Below are positions 50,417 to 60,358 of a stretch of 64,000 bases of DNA, piece after piece. Source of the stretch: a virus; IMG/VR virus record IMGVR_UViG_3300035157_001159, positions 1 to 64,000 of that record; one strand, written 5' to 3'. The notes under the pieces were generated by a model that did no database searches, was not told where the DNA came from, and saw nothing but the letters and a program-made list of their open reading frames with translations. Both the position numbers and the translations under genes were made by a program. Position 1 is the first letter of the stretch; each line of letters starts with the position of its first letter.

Positions 50417-52234
50417 ATGAGTATTATTCTTGGATGTTCTCGTGGTCATAATTCTAGTACCACATTGATGGTTGATGGTGAGATTGTATTTTATCTAGAA
50501 GAAGAACGTTTATCTAGATTTAAAAGAGATGGAACACCATTATTGGGTTTATTAAAAGCCTTTGAATATGTAGATCATATAGATCATTTAGTCGTAACTC
50601 ATACACATAGGCATGGTCCTAAGTGTGATTGGACTGGTGAGGATTTATATCAGGGTTGGATAAGGAAGCTTACAAAGCAGACTAAGATGGATGCTGGACC
50701 TAGAATTACTTTTATTGATACGATACATCATGAGGTTCATGCTAGTTGTGCTTTTTTAAACTCTGGATTTAAATCTGCTGCTTGTTTAAGTGTTGATGGT
50801 GCAGGAAGTTTCTTGGGATGTGAGTTGACTGATGATACTATCTTTGAATTTGAAACTATTTTTAAAGCAGCGTATGATCCTCATTTAAAATTTGATGTTG
50901 TTTATAAGCATCTTGGTACTTCTGATGCTATTGGTGTTAAGAATGTTGGTGAAAATAAGGAATTATTCATTACAGAATATCCAGGTCTTACAAAAGCATA
51001 TGAAGCGATAACTGAATATTGTGGATTTGATGCTATTGATGCTGGAAAAACTATGGGTCTATCTCCATATGGAAAGGAGAATCCTGATCTTCCAGAATTG
51101 TTTAGAGATGGTTGGGTCAATAGAGAATTTTTTGTTCCAAATTATCCCAATAATTCTCATATTAATATTCAAAGATATCCTATCTTAAGTAAGGATGCTG
51201 AAGATATTATTGCATTACATGAAAAAGATAAAACAAAACCACCAGTAAAAAGAGAAAAATATGGATTGAGTTCACCATATACTAATGATAAGACTTCTAG
51301 ATTTTTTAGAGGTGGGTGTAAGGAATATACACAAGTACAAAAAGATTTAGCATATAAGATTCAGAAAGAAACTGAAAATGCTATGATAAAGTTAATTCAA
51401 AAGGCTCATGATTTAACTGGTGAAAAGAATATAGTTATTTCTGGTGGTTATGGATTGAATTGTGTATCTAATTATCAGTATTTAAAACATTTTCCAGATT
51501 TAAATATCTATGTTGAACCAATATCACATGATGGTGGAACTTCTATAGGTGCTGTTAGAAAAGTTTGGGCACAAGAAGAAAAAATAACTAGTCCACCACC
51601 AAGAGTAACTTCAATTTATTATGGTCCACAATATGATCCAGATACTTATTTGGATGAATATGATCACTTGGATGTTGTTGATACTTCTTATGATGATGTT
51701 GCTAAACTAATTCGTGATGGTAGCATTGTTACAATCTTCCAAGGAAGGTCTGAAGGTGGACCTAGAGCACTTGGTAATAGATCTATTTTATTTGATCCTA
51801 CTATTAAGAATGGTAAGGATCTTGTTAATGAGGTAAAACATAGAGAGTTCTTTAGACCTTTTGCTTGTTCTATTAAGAAGGAAAAAGTTAATGAATGGTT
51901 TGATCTTCAGGGTAGAGAAGATTCACCTCATATGATGTATGCTGTTGAATGTTTACCTGGTGTTCAAGAAAAGATTCCATCAGTCATTCATGTTGATGGT
52001 ACATGTAGGATTCAAACTCTCACTAAAGATGAGAACAAACATTATTACAATCTTATAGATTCTTTTGAAAAGTTAAGTGGTGTTCCAATACTTTTTAATA
52101 CTTCTTTTAATCTTGGTGGAGAACCATTAGTAGAAACAATTCATGATGCTATTAATACTTTATATAAGAGTAAGATTGAATATATGTATCTTCCTGAGAT
52201 ACAAAAGTTAGTAAAGATTCCTAATGCAGAATGA
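50417..52234 (+). CDS. NodU/CmcH-family carbamoyltransferase
   Basis: EEERLSRFK, HHEVHA, GKTMGLSPYG, SGGYGLNC, GPRALGNRS, NTSFN. Confidence 0.92.
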   Translation: MSIILGCSRGHNSSTTLMVDGEIVFYLEEERLSRFKRDGTPLLGLLKAFEYVDHIDHLVVTHTHRHGPKCDWTGEDLYQGWIRKLTKQTKMDAGPRITFIDTIHHEVHASCAFLNSGFKSAACLSVDGAGSFLGCELTDDTIFEFETIFKAAYDPHLKFDVVYKHLGTSDAIGVKNVGENKELFITEYPGLTKAYEAITEYCGFDAIDAGKTMGLSPYGKENPDLPELFRDGWVNREFFVPNYPNNSHINIQRYPILSKDAEDIIALHEKDKTKPPVKREKYGLSSPYTNDKTSRFFRGGCKEYTQVQKDLAYKIQKETENAMIKLIQKAHDLTGEKNIVISGGYGLNCVSNYQYLKHFPDLNIYVEPISHDGGTSIGAVRKVWAQEEKITSPPPRVTSIYYGPQYDPDTYLDEYDHLDVVDTSYDDVAKLIRDGSIVTIFQGRSEGGPRALGNRSILFDPTIKNGKDLVNEVKHREFFRPFACSIKKEKVNEWFDLQGREDSPHMMYAVECLPGVQEKIPSVIHVDGTCRIQTLTKDENKHYYNLIDSFEKLSGVPILFNTSFNLGGEPLVETIHDAINTLYKSKIEYMYLPEIQKLVKIPNAE

Positions 52235-52640
52235 TATTGTTTGGTGTAATGGCACATTCGATATTCTTCATCCAGGACACCTAGAATTATTCAAGGTTGC
52301 TAGATCTTTAGGAGACAAAGTAATAGTTGCTACAGATACAGATGAAAAGATTCGTGCTGACAAAGGAGAGCATCGCCCTATAAATGATCTTCATTATAGG
52401 GTTGCTATGCTTGAGGCAATCAAGTATATTGATGTTGTTCACACATTTGGTAGTAGGAAAGAATTAGAAGATTTAATTGAACTATATCAACCCGATATAT
52501 TATTACTTGGTGATGATTGGAGGGATGGTGATGTAGTTGGTTGGGAAAATGCTGGTGAGGTAAGACATCTTCCTAGAGTTGGTGGATATGCCAGCAGTAA
52601 TGTCATCAAAAAGATTAATGAAAGTATTGTTACTGGGTGA
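52224..52640 (+). CDS. heptose-1-phosphate nucleotidyltransferase (HldE/RfaE domain II)
   Basis: NGTFDILHPGH, KGEHRPIN, GDDW. Confidence 0.88.
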   Translation: MQNDIVWCNGTFDILHPGHLELFKVARSLGDKVIVATDTDEKIRADKGEHRPINDLHYRVAMLEAIKYIDVVHTFGSRKELEDLIELYQPDILLLGDDWRDGDVVGWENAGEVRHLPRVGGYASSNVIKKINESIVTG

Positions 52641-53361
52641 TAGTTGTGAGGATGAGTATATCTATGGTAGATGTACTAGGTTAAGTCCAGAAGCTCCTGT
52701 ACCTGTCTTAGACTATGCTAAGATACAAACTAAACCTGGTATGGCAGCTAATGTATGCTTAAATCTTCAGTCATTTAATATGGAGATTACATTCTTAACT
52801 AATCCTGAGAAGATTGTAAAGACTAGATTTATTGATGAGAAATCAAATCAACATATTCTTAGAGTTGATAATGAAGAGAGAGTAAAACCTTTATTAGTTC
52901 CTGTAGCAACAAATAGTTTTGATGCTATTGTGATATCAGATTATAATAAAGGGTATCTATCTACAGAAAAGATATTTGAGATTGTGGAGAGTGCATCTTG
53001 TCCCGTGTTTATTGATAGTAAGAAGTCTATACTTCCTAACAAACCCAATTGCTTTATTAAGATAAATGATGTAGAATATGAGAAATTAGATGACTATAAG
53101 ATAGACAATCTAATAGTAACAAAGGGATCTCAAGGATGTATTTACAATAATACATTATATCCAGCAGAGAAAGTCAATGTTTATGATGTTGTCGGTGCTG
53201 GAGATACTTTTCTTGCTGGTTTAGTATATGGTTATCTAACATATAATGATATAGAACAGGCATTAATGTTAGGTAATAGAGCAGCAGCAGTTGCTGTTCA
53301 GCAATTAGGAACTTACGTTTTACAACAGGAGGACATTCATGAGATACTGTATAGATATTGA
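52618..53361 (+). CDS. heptose-7-phosphate kinase (HldE/RfaE domain I, PfkB family)
   Basis: RLSPEAPVPV, ISDYNKG, DVVGAGDTF; ATG at 52618. Confidence 0.88.
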   Translation: MKVLLLGDSCEDEYIYGRCTRLSPEAPVPVLDYAKIQTKPGMAANVCLNLQSFNMEITFLTNPEKIVKTRFIDEKSNQHILRVDNEERVKPLLVPVATNSFDAIVISDYNKGYLSTEKIFEIVESASCPVFIDSKKSILPNKPNCFIKINDVEYEKLDDYKIDNLIVTKGSQGCIYNNTLYPAEKVNVYDVVGAGDTFLAGLVYGYLTYNDIEQALMLGNRAAAVAVQQLGTYVLQQEDIHEILYRY

Positions 53362-53686
53362 TGGTACTATTTGTACACCAACTGTTGGTAGGGATTACCA
53401 TAAAGCAGAACCGTGGAAAGATAGAATCGAGGTACTAAATAAACTTTACGATGAAGGTCATTATATAATTTACTTTACTGCTAGAGCGATGGGTAGGTTC
53501 TCGGAAGAACCACACTCTATTGCTTCTGTAAAAGCAGAAGGAGTTTTATTTGATCTTACAAGAGATCAATTAGATGAGTGGGGAGTTAAATATCACGAAT
53601 TAATTATGGGTAAACCACATGCTGATTACTTTATAGATGATAAAGGATGGCAATGTGATTCATTCTTTGAGAGTCATGGAGTATAA
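53339..53686 (+). CDS. HAD-superfamily phosphatase
   Basis: DIDGT, FTAR, GKP, IDDK. Confidence 0.82.
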   Translation: MRYCIDIDGTICTPTVGRDYHKAEPWKDRIEVLNKLYDEGHYIIYFTARAMGRFSEEPHSIASVKAEGVLFDLTRDQLDEWGVKYHELIMGKPHADYFIDDKGWQCDSFFESHGV

Positions 53687-54297
53687 TGCCTGATTATTTT
53701 TATAAAGATATTAATAATATATCTGTACCAGAGTTTCATACAACTTGGTTTAATAATATTCCAAAATTGATTGGAGATGATATATTAGAACGTGTTGAGG
53801 AGTATGTTAGTAGAAAAGATTTAGAACAGGCTGCTACAGTTGGTGGTGAAGGTAGTGATATTAGACGTTCAGAAATATGTTGGTTAGTAGATACGGATTA
53901 TAGAGATTTAATTACTCCAGTTTATGATGAGATTTCAAGAATTGTTAGAGATGTTAATGATGATCTTTGGGGATATAATATTCGTGGATGGGAAGGACTT
54001 CAATACAGTAAATATGATTCAGAATATAAAGGACATTATGATTGGCATATGGATATTTCTCCTAGACAATTAGAAGGATTGCAGAGAAAGGTTTCATTTT
54101 CAATAGGTCTTTCTAAAGATTATTATGAGGGTGGTGAATTTGAATTTATGATAAGTAGAGACACTCAACATAGTTTTAAACTTAGTAGGGGAGATATGTT
54201 AGTTTTTCCTTCTTTTTTACTACATAGAGTAACACCAGTTACTAGTGGTATTAGAAATGCATTAGTTGGTTGGGGATTAGGTACTAATTTTGTATGA
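53686..54297 (+). CDS. 2OG-Fe(II) oxygenase (prolyl-4-hydroxylase-like)
   Basis: WHMD, YEGGEF, FPSFLLHRVTPVTSGIR. Confidence 0.88.
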   Translation: MPDYFYKDINNISVPEFHTTWFNNIPKLIGDDILERVEEYVSRKDLEQAATVGGEGSDIRRSEICWLVDTDYRDLITPVYDEISRIVRDVNDDLWGYNIRGWEGLQYSKYDSEYKGHYDWHMDISPRQLEGLQRKVSFSIGLSKDYYEGGEFEFMISRDTQHSFKLSRGDMLVFPSFLLHRVTPVTSGIRNALVGWGLGTNFV

Positions 54298-54650
54298 ATG
54301 ATGAAGATATAAAATTTGTTCCCAAGGGTTGGGGTTATGAGAAGTGGATATGTAATACTTCTGAATATTGTGGCAAGCTTTTATTCTTTGCCAAAGGTAT
54401 GAGATGTTCTTGGCATTATCATTTATTAAAAGATGAAACCTTTTACCTACAGTCAGGTAAGATACATCTCTTCTATGGTTTTGATAATGACATTTCATTA
54501 TCTGATAGTATAGTTTTAGAACCAGGTGATAAATTTCATATTGAAAGGAAGATGAGACATCAGATGGTTGCTCTTGAAGACTCTGAATTATTTGAGTTTT
54601 CTACACAACATTTTGATTTGGATTCACATAGAGTCTTCAGGGGAGATTGA
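54294..54650 (+). CDS. cupin, sugar isomerase-like
   Basis: VPKGWGYE, SWHYHLLKDETF, RHQM. Confidence 0.8.
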   Translation: MNDEDIKFVPKGWGYEKWICNTSEYCGKLLFFAKGMRCSWHYHLLKDETFYLQSGKIHLFYGFDNDISLSDSIVLEPGDKFHIERKMRHQMVALEDSELFEFSTQHFDLDSHRVFRGD

Positions 54651-55210
54651 TGTTAGATACTTTAACACATAAATGTTATTCATTAATAGATCCTCCAAAT
54701 ATAGAAGAGATATTAATGAGTATAGAAAATTCAGAATTAACTGAAGATCAGGAATTTGAATGGACTGATTATTGTTCTGTTAAAACTGAGAGATTGGACT
54801 TAATGGATACATTCTTTCCGTTATTTGGACCTTCATTGGAGATATTTTTTAGTGAATTGGAATTGGATATGAGTAATCTCCGTGTGTATTGTCCTGAAAT
54901 TTGGAGGAATACTTATAGTAGAAATTATTTTCAAGAGATTCATGATCATATTCCTTCACATTTATCTGGAGTTCTTTTTTTAACTGATGAACAAGAAGGT
55001 GATGGTAGATTTTTCTTTTATAATGAAGGTTGTACAGAAGTTTCTAGGGAATGGAGAGAGATTGGTTTTGGTTGGGATAGAAAATTTATAAAAGCTGAAA
55101 GAGGTAAACTTTTATTATTTCCATCGTATATGCTACATGGAGTAGCGGCTCATAAATCAGATAATATTAGAAAGACTGTAGCATTTAATCTAGTATTCAA
55201 AACAGATTAA
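54647..55210 (+). CDS. putative 2OG-Fe(II) oxygenase (TIGR02466-like)
   Basis: QEIHDH, LFPSYMLHGV, RKTVAFN. Confidence 0.8.
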   Translation: MMLDTLTHKCYSLIDPPNIEEILMSIENSELTEDQEFEWTDYCSVKTERLDLMDTFFPLFGPSLEIFFSELELDMSNLRVYCPEIWRNTYSRNYFQEIHDHIPSHLSGVLFLTDEQEGDGRFFFYNEGCTEVSREWREIGFGWDRKFIKAERGKLLLFPSYMLHGVAAHKSDNIRKTVAFNLVFKTD

Positions 55211-56015
55211 GATACTGTGCTATGTTTATAAATTGATAGTCCCATACCTTCTCTGCTATAGTTAGGTATTGATACTTTCCTTTTAGGTGTTCTGGGAATG
55301 GAATGTATTCTATTTCTCCATTATATTTTAATGCTATAAGTTCACCAACAGTTTTGAAACTAACTGGACTACTGGTTCCAAGATCATAGATACCAGATGG
55401 TTTATCATTATTAAGAACGACTTCTACTATATCTCCAACCCAGATAAAATCTCTTAGGTACTTACCTGATCCTTCAAACAGTTTTAGTTTACCAGTATCT
55501 TTTATTTGTTGTGTGAATTTATGAACAGGACTTGCTTGATCTCCTTTTTTATCTTCTCCTTCTCCATACACATTAAAGTATCTGAAACTCTGGATAGATG
55601 AGAATTTATCTAAGTTGTCTTGTATGTAATAATCAATCTGTAACTTAGTAATTGCGTAGTAATTTAATGGAGATATTTTATTAGGAGTAGTTGCGAATAA
55701 ACTCTTTCTAGTATTACCATATACTGATGCTGATGAGGCAAACTTAACGTCTATTTGATGCTCTATTGCCCTCTCAAACAGTTCTATAGTGAACCAAACG
55801 TTCATCCTATGGAGTTTATCTATATCTCTTTCTGTCGTGTCTGAGATCGCTCCTTGGTGTAGTATAAGGGATACTTTATCCCAGTCCTTAAAGTATGCTA
55901 TCCAATCCCAACAATCATGTTCATCAACTGTAACGATTTCTTCATCAGAATGTTCTATCAGATACTTAAGAAAGTTCTGACCAATGAAACCTTTTGAACC
56001 TGTTAATATAATCAT
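55197..56015 (-). CDS. hldD: ADP-L-glycero-D-manno-heptose 6-epimerase
   Basis: TGSKGFIG, HQGAISDTTE, ASSASVYG, FRYFNVYG, RDFIWVGD. Confidence 0.88.
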   Translation of the reverse strand: MIILTGSKGFIGQNFLKYLIEHSDEEIVTVDEHDCWDWIAYFKDWDKVSLILHQGAISDTTERDIDKLHRMNVWFTIELFERAIEHQIDVKFASSASVYGNTRKSLFATTPNKISPLNYYAITKLQIDYYIQDNLDKFSSIQSFRYFNVYGEGEDKKGDQASPVHKFTQQIKDTGKLKLFEGSGKYLRDFIWVGDIVEVVLNNDKPSGIYDLGTSSPVSFKTVGELIALKYNGEIEYIPFPEHLKGKYQYLTIAEKVWDYQFINIAQYLNLF

Positions 56016-56046
56016 AGATAAATACTTAAAATTATTGTGTGTTTAA

Positions 56047-57504
56047 ATGGCCTTTGGACTCTTAGGTACTATTATACCACCAACTAAACAAAATACTACT
56101 TGGTACACTGGAACTGCTGATAAATTGACAGTTGGTAAGATATCTGTAACCAGTAAAAATCCTGATAAAGCATTGATTCGTCTTGGATATTTAGATGGTG
56201 GTGAGATAAGATACTTTGAGTATAATAAACTTATTAGGTATCAAGAAACTTATGAAACTCAGGACATACATTTGGGTTCTGGTCAAAGTCTAGTAGTAAG
56301 ATCTGATAGAACTAATATTAATTTTTTATATTATGGGCAAACAGTTAGTGATTATTTAAATCCAATAAAGTCTGGTGTTTTAAATAATATAATTTCAACT
56401 AACACAACACCAAAAACTATATTCGTTGCTCCTTCTGGGTCTAGAGTGAGTGCTACACTTTCAATGTGTAATTTAGGTTCTGATATTAGTAGAGTTAAGA
56501 TTGGTATATCTGATGGTGATCTAGGTTCTTTTGATAGTAGAGAATATATTGAATATAATATAACAATTAAACCAGGACAGACTTATACAAGAACAGATCT
56601 TAAATTACAAGAAGGACAAACTTTAGTAGGATCATCTGATGATGGATCTAATATAAGTTTTCTCTGTCATGGTAGATTATATTATGCCATAACTGGATTG
56701 CCAGATAGTGATGATCTAATCGTTTTAGGTAATGCTAGAATTAGTGGCAATGTTGGTATTGGTATAACAGCTTCTGAGAATACAAAGTTTCATGTTGATG
56801 GAAGTAGTATACTGACTGGTGATGTTAATATTACTGGTGGTAATTTAGATGTTGCTAAGTCACTAACTGTAAAGGGTGATGATACAAATCTAAATTCTAA
56901 TAAGGTTAGGATTAAGGATTCTAATATAGAACTAGGATATGTTCTTCCTGGTGCTTTTACTGGTGATATAGTAGCTGGCACTAATGTAATCACAAATGTT
57001 GGTGATACTTCTGGTATTGCCATAGGAATGATTATAACAATACCTAATCCAAATCAAGTTACTATTCCTGCTGATACTAAAGTTACAAATGTTTCTGGTA
57101 CAACTGTTGAAGTTGATAATAATTTCCAAGGAACTGGAAGTGATTCAGTAACTTTTGATACTGCTGGTGCTAGTAATCAAACAGCAAATGATGGTGGAAT
57201 TACACTTAAGGCTGGTTCTGATATTGATAAGACTATAAAATGGCAGATAGATAATTCACAATTTAATTTTAGTGAAGGTATAAACATTCCTGCAGGTAAA
57301 CAGTATACTCTTGATAATGTGGCTGTGTTAACTCATGATCAGGTATTAGGGATGGGTATTACTATGCATTATCCAACAACATATAATCCTACTAATATCA
57401 GTACCGAACATTTACCAACACAAAAGAGTACTGATGATTTAATACATGCTAGACAAAGAGACGTTAGCTTATCAGCATTTTTTGCTGCTGGTATAGATTT
57501 TTAA
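56047..57504 (+). CDS. virion structural protein with two N-terminal repeats and a fibre-like region
   Basis: Two EY.EY repeat domains similar to 45360..45680; GATAAATA at 56017. Confidence 0.72.
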   Translation: MAFGLLGTIIPPTKQNTTWYTGTADKLTVGKISVTSKNPDKALIRLGYLDGGEIRYFEYNKLIRYQETYETQDIHLGSGQSLVVRSDRTNINFLYYGQTVSDYLNPIKSGVLNNIISTNTTPKTIFVAPSGSRVSATLSMCNLGSDISRVKIGISDGDLGSFDSREYIEYNITIKPGQTYTRTDLKLQEGQTLVGSSDDGSNISFLCHGRLYYAITGLPDSDDLIVLGNARISGNVGIGITASENTKFHVDGSSILTGDVNITGGNLDVAKSLTVKGDDTNLNSNKVRIKDSNIELGYVLPGAFTGDIVAGTNVITNVGDTSGIAIGMIITIPNPNQVTIPADTKVTNVSGTTVEVDNNFQGTGSDSVTFDTAGASNQTANDGGITLKAGSDIDKTIKWQIDNSQFNFSEGINIPAGKQYTLDNVAVLTHDQVLGMGITMHYPTTYNPTNISTEHLPTQKSTDDLIHARQRDVSLSAFFAAGIDF

Positions 57505-57546
57505 GTTATAATTGCTACCTAAATAATTTTTTAAAAACTATAAGAA

Positions 57547-57795
57547 ATGAATTTTACGATTTATTCTAAGAGTGGTTGTCCATACTGTGAAAAAGTAAAA
57601 CAAGTAATGTCGTTGACAAAACTAAGTCATGTGGTGTATAATTTAGAGGATGATTTTACACGAGAGGATTTTTATGCTGAGTTCGGTCAGGGATCAACCT
57701 TTCCACAGGTAGTTTGTGATGACACGGGACAAAGACATAAAATCGGAGGATGTACTGAAACAGTTCAATTTCTTAAGGAAAAGAAAATCGTCTAA
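57547..57795 (+). CDS. nrdC: glutaredoxin
   Basis: CPYC, TFPQV, IGGC. Confidence 0.92.
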   Translation: MNFTIYSKSGCPYCEKVKQVMSLTKLSHVVYNLEDDFTREDFYAEFGQGSTFPQVVCDDTGQRHKIGGCTETVQFLKEKKIV

Positions 57796-57801
57796 GGTAA
57801 G

Positions 57802-57809
57802 TATAAATA
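57802..57809 (+). promoter_or_regulatory. T4-like late promoter
   Basis: TATAAATA after nrdC. Confidence 0.65.
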
Positions 57810-57913
57810 AACCAGATTATGATATTAATCGTGGGTTTGAATTCATCTTAACAGGAGGTAAACAGAAAACCAAACCATTACATATTACCACACTCAAAAT
57901 AGGAGGACGAGAC

Positions 57914-58138
57914 ATGTTAGCAATAAGTTTAGTATTTGGATCTTTTCTAACGGTATTGTTTCTCATAGTGGGAGCCATTGGTGGTTGGGTTGCTAGAGAA
58001 TATATGATGAACTATCAGGAGGTTCCTAGAATACATCCTGAGATGTTTGATGGTAATGGAAACCTAGTTCCAGATGAAATTGTAGCATTCAGATTTGAAA
58101 ATTATGACAACGACCAAGAAGAAGACAACGACGACTAG
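57914..58138 (+). CDS. small membrane protein
   Basis: AGGAGG SD at 57901; one TM helix, HPEMFDGNG, acidic tail. Confidence 0.75.
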   Translation: MLAISLVFGSFLTVLFLIVGAIGGWVAREYMMNYQEVPRIHPEMFDGNGNLVPDEIVAFRFENYDNDQEEDNDD

Positions 58139-58718
58139 AAAGAAGTCAACAACAGCAACTAAGAAACCAGCAACACCACAAAAGGTTCCTGATTTACCAG
58201 TAAATCCTTTTGTATTTGAGGTTTTAAATGCTGCTTCTAAGATGAGAAGTAAAGCATTAAAAGTAGAAGTTCTTCAAAAATATTCTCATCCATCATTAAA
58301 AGCAGTTTTTATATGGAACTTTGATGAGTCTGTTATTTCTCTCTTACCTGAAGGTGAGGTTCCTTATGCCAATAATTTAGAAGATGAAACAGCTACAGGA
58401 ACTCTATCTGAAAAGATTGAGGATGCTGTTAGTAAGATGGGTGAATTGAGAACTACCTCTTTAGGGTCTCAGGATCAAGGTAAGGCAAGTATTAGAAAAG
58501 AATTTCAGAAGTTTTATAACTTTATAAAGGGTGGTAATGATGGATTAAGTGGTATTCGTAGAGAGACCATGTTTATTAATATTCTTACTGGATTACACCC
58601 ATTGGAAGCAGAGATTTTAATTTTGATAAAAGATAAAAAATTGACTGATAAGTACAAGATTACAAAGGAAATAGTTTCAGAAGCATATCCAGATATTACT
58701 TGGGGTGGTAGATCATGA
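58104..58718 (+). CDS. conserved T4-like phage hypothetical protein
   Basis: WNFD...LPEGEVPY, RRETMFI..L.GLHP.EAE. Confidence 0.78.
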   Translation: MTTTKKKTTTTRKKSTTATKKPATPQKVPDLPVNPFVFEVLNAASKMRSKALKVEVLQKYSHPSLKAVFIWNFDESVISLLPEGEVPYANNLEDETATGTLSEKIEDAVSKMGELRTTSLGSQDQGKASIRKEFQKFYNFIKGGNDGLSGIRRETMFINILTGLHPLEAEILILIKDKKLTDKYKITKEIVSEAYPDITWGGRS

Positions 58719-59098
58719 CAAAACAAGTGGGTGAAGCACAAGCACCAACAAAAGAAGATAAGAAATTGGATCCTAAACCAGAACCTAAGTTTGATCCTTG
58801 GTCTAAAGAAGAAAGAGAATCTTCCAAACAAAAATATTGTTGTGAGATTTTAGTTTCTAATGGTAGTTTAGAAGATGTTAGCATCACTCAAGCACCTAAC
58901 GATGCTCTTATAGTAACATATACAATTAATCAAAAGACTCATTTGGATTTGACAAGAGGAGCAAGGACAAAAGTTTTTGATATGTATTGGGATAAGTTTA
59001 AGAGTGGGTTGAAGAAGATAGATTATGGTAATGGTACTATAAGTCCTAAGTTGTGGGGATATCAGTCTACACCTGCTAGAAAGAAAAAAAGAAAGTAA
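58715..59098 (+). CDS. hypothetical protein
   Basis: ATGA overlap; PKLWGY, basic tail. Confidence 0.7.
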   Translation: MTKQVGEAQAPTKEDKKLDPKPEPKFDPWSKEERESSKQKYCCEILVSNGSLEDVSITQAPNDALIVTYTINQKTHLDLTRGARTKVFDMYWDKFKSGLKKIDYGNGTISPKLWGYQSTPARKKKRK

Positions 59099-59100
59099 TT

Positions 59101-59691
59101 ATGCATTCATTTGATTTATTCCCAACTAAGTTGTGGATGGATAAGTTAGATATTGATGAGACAATCATTTTAGACAAATTGACAAAGTGGATTGATAATG
59201 GAGGAGCAGTTCTTCATGATAATAGATCAATGAGTGCTAAAGGTGATGGTTTTAATTGTGATGAATTATCTGAAGCAATAAAGGAGAACATACCTAGACC
59301 TGAAGGGATGGATGTGCCTGAAACTTATATACATTATTGGGCTAATTTTAATCCACCAGGTGCTTTTAATCATAGGCATCATCATACTGATACTGTTATA
59401 CTTTTATCGGGTGTATATTATCTTAAGGTTCCACCAAATTCTGGACGTATTACATTCTTTGATCCTAGAGGACTTACAATAAATTCAATGGGAGATTCTA
59501 GATTCTATAAATTTGAACCAGAAGTTTCTATAGATCCACAACCAGGCATGATAGTTTACTTTCCTTCATGGTTAGAGCATGAGGTTGAAACTAATCAAGG
59601 TGAAAGTGAAAGAATTTCAATAGCATTTAATATTGTTAGTAAGTATGAATTGGATAGATATAAGGCAATGGAAGATAGTTTAACGACATGA
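59101..59691 (+). CDS. putative 2OG-Fe(II) oxygenase (TIGR02466-like)
   Basis: RHHH, LSGVYYLKVP, FPSWLEH.V, RISIAFN. Confidence 0.85.
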   Translation: MHSFDLFPTKLWMDKLDIDETIILDKLTKWIDNGGAVLHDNRSMSAKGDGFNCDELSEAIKENIPRPEGMDVPETYIHYWANFNPPGAFNHRHHHTDTVILLSGVYYLKVPPNSGRITFFDPRGLTINSMGDSRFYKFEPEVSIDPQPGMIVYFPSWLEHEVETNQGESERISIAFNIVSKYELDRYKAMEDSLTT

Positions 59692-60287
59692 CTTGTTTTG
59701 AATTGTTTCCAACTAAAATATGGGTGGAAGAATTAGACCTTGATACTTCAGTAATATTGGATAAGATTATTGATAATGGACAGCAAAGAAAAGATTTGGT
59801 TGGTATTGATGGTTTATGTCAAGCATTAAAGGATAAAATATCTAAATGTGAAGATTTAGAATTGCCTGAGATGTATCTTCATTATTGGGTTAATTATAAT
59901 AAACCAGGTGATTATAATTATAGGCATCATCATACTGATAATGCTGTATTTCTTTCTGGTGTTTATTATCTTAAGGTTCCTGAAGATTCTGGTCGTATTA
60001 TATTTTATGATCCTAGAGTACGTTCATTGGGTGCGATGTCGGATAATAAGTATTATGTGTATGAACCAGAAGTTAGTGTACAAGCACAGGCAGGTACGGT
60101 AGTTTATTTTCCTTCATGGTTGGAACATGGGGTTGAGACTAATGAAAGTAATGAGGATAGGGTATCTATAGCGTTTAATCTTATTAATAAGGATGAGTTA
60201 GATAGGTATAAAGATATGGAGAACTTTTGTTATAAGAATGCGATTGCTACTAGACCTGATGGTAGAGTGGAATATTTTGCCACCTGA
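59688..60287 (+). CDS. putative 2OG-Fe(II) oxygenase, tandem paralog
   Basis: Same motifs, clearly similar to the upstream gene. Confidence 0.85.
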   Translation: MTCFELFPTKIWVEELDLDTSVILDKIIDNGQQRKDLVGIDGLCQALKDKISKCEDLELPEMYLHYWVNYNKPGDYNYRHHHTDNAVFLSGVYYLKVPEDSGRIIFYDPRVRSLGAMSDNKYYVYEPEVSVQAQAGTVVYFPSWLEHGVETNESNEDRVSIAFNLINKDELDRYKDMENFCYKNAIATRPDGRVEYFAT

Positions 60288-60358
60288 CCAAAATCGAACT
60301 TTTTTTCCCATATATCCCGATAAAAAATCGGGGTATTTTTTTGCTCTGTAGGGTCGAT
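60287..60358 (+). repeat. structured intergenic repeat, copy B
   Basis: ACCAAAATC..., stem ATATCCCGAT/ATCGGGGTAT, then TCTGTAGGGTCGAT. Confidence 0.8.

Noticed and set aside
57716-57913. N-terminal extension of the membrane protein
   Set aside because: Overlaps nrdC and starts upstream of the late promoter; the SD supports 57914
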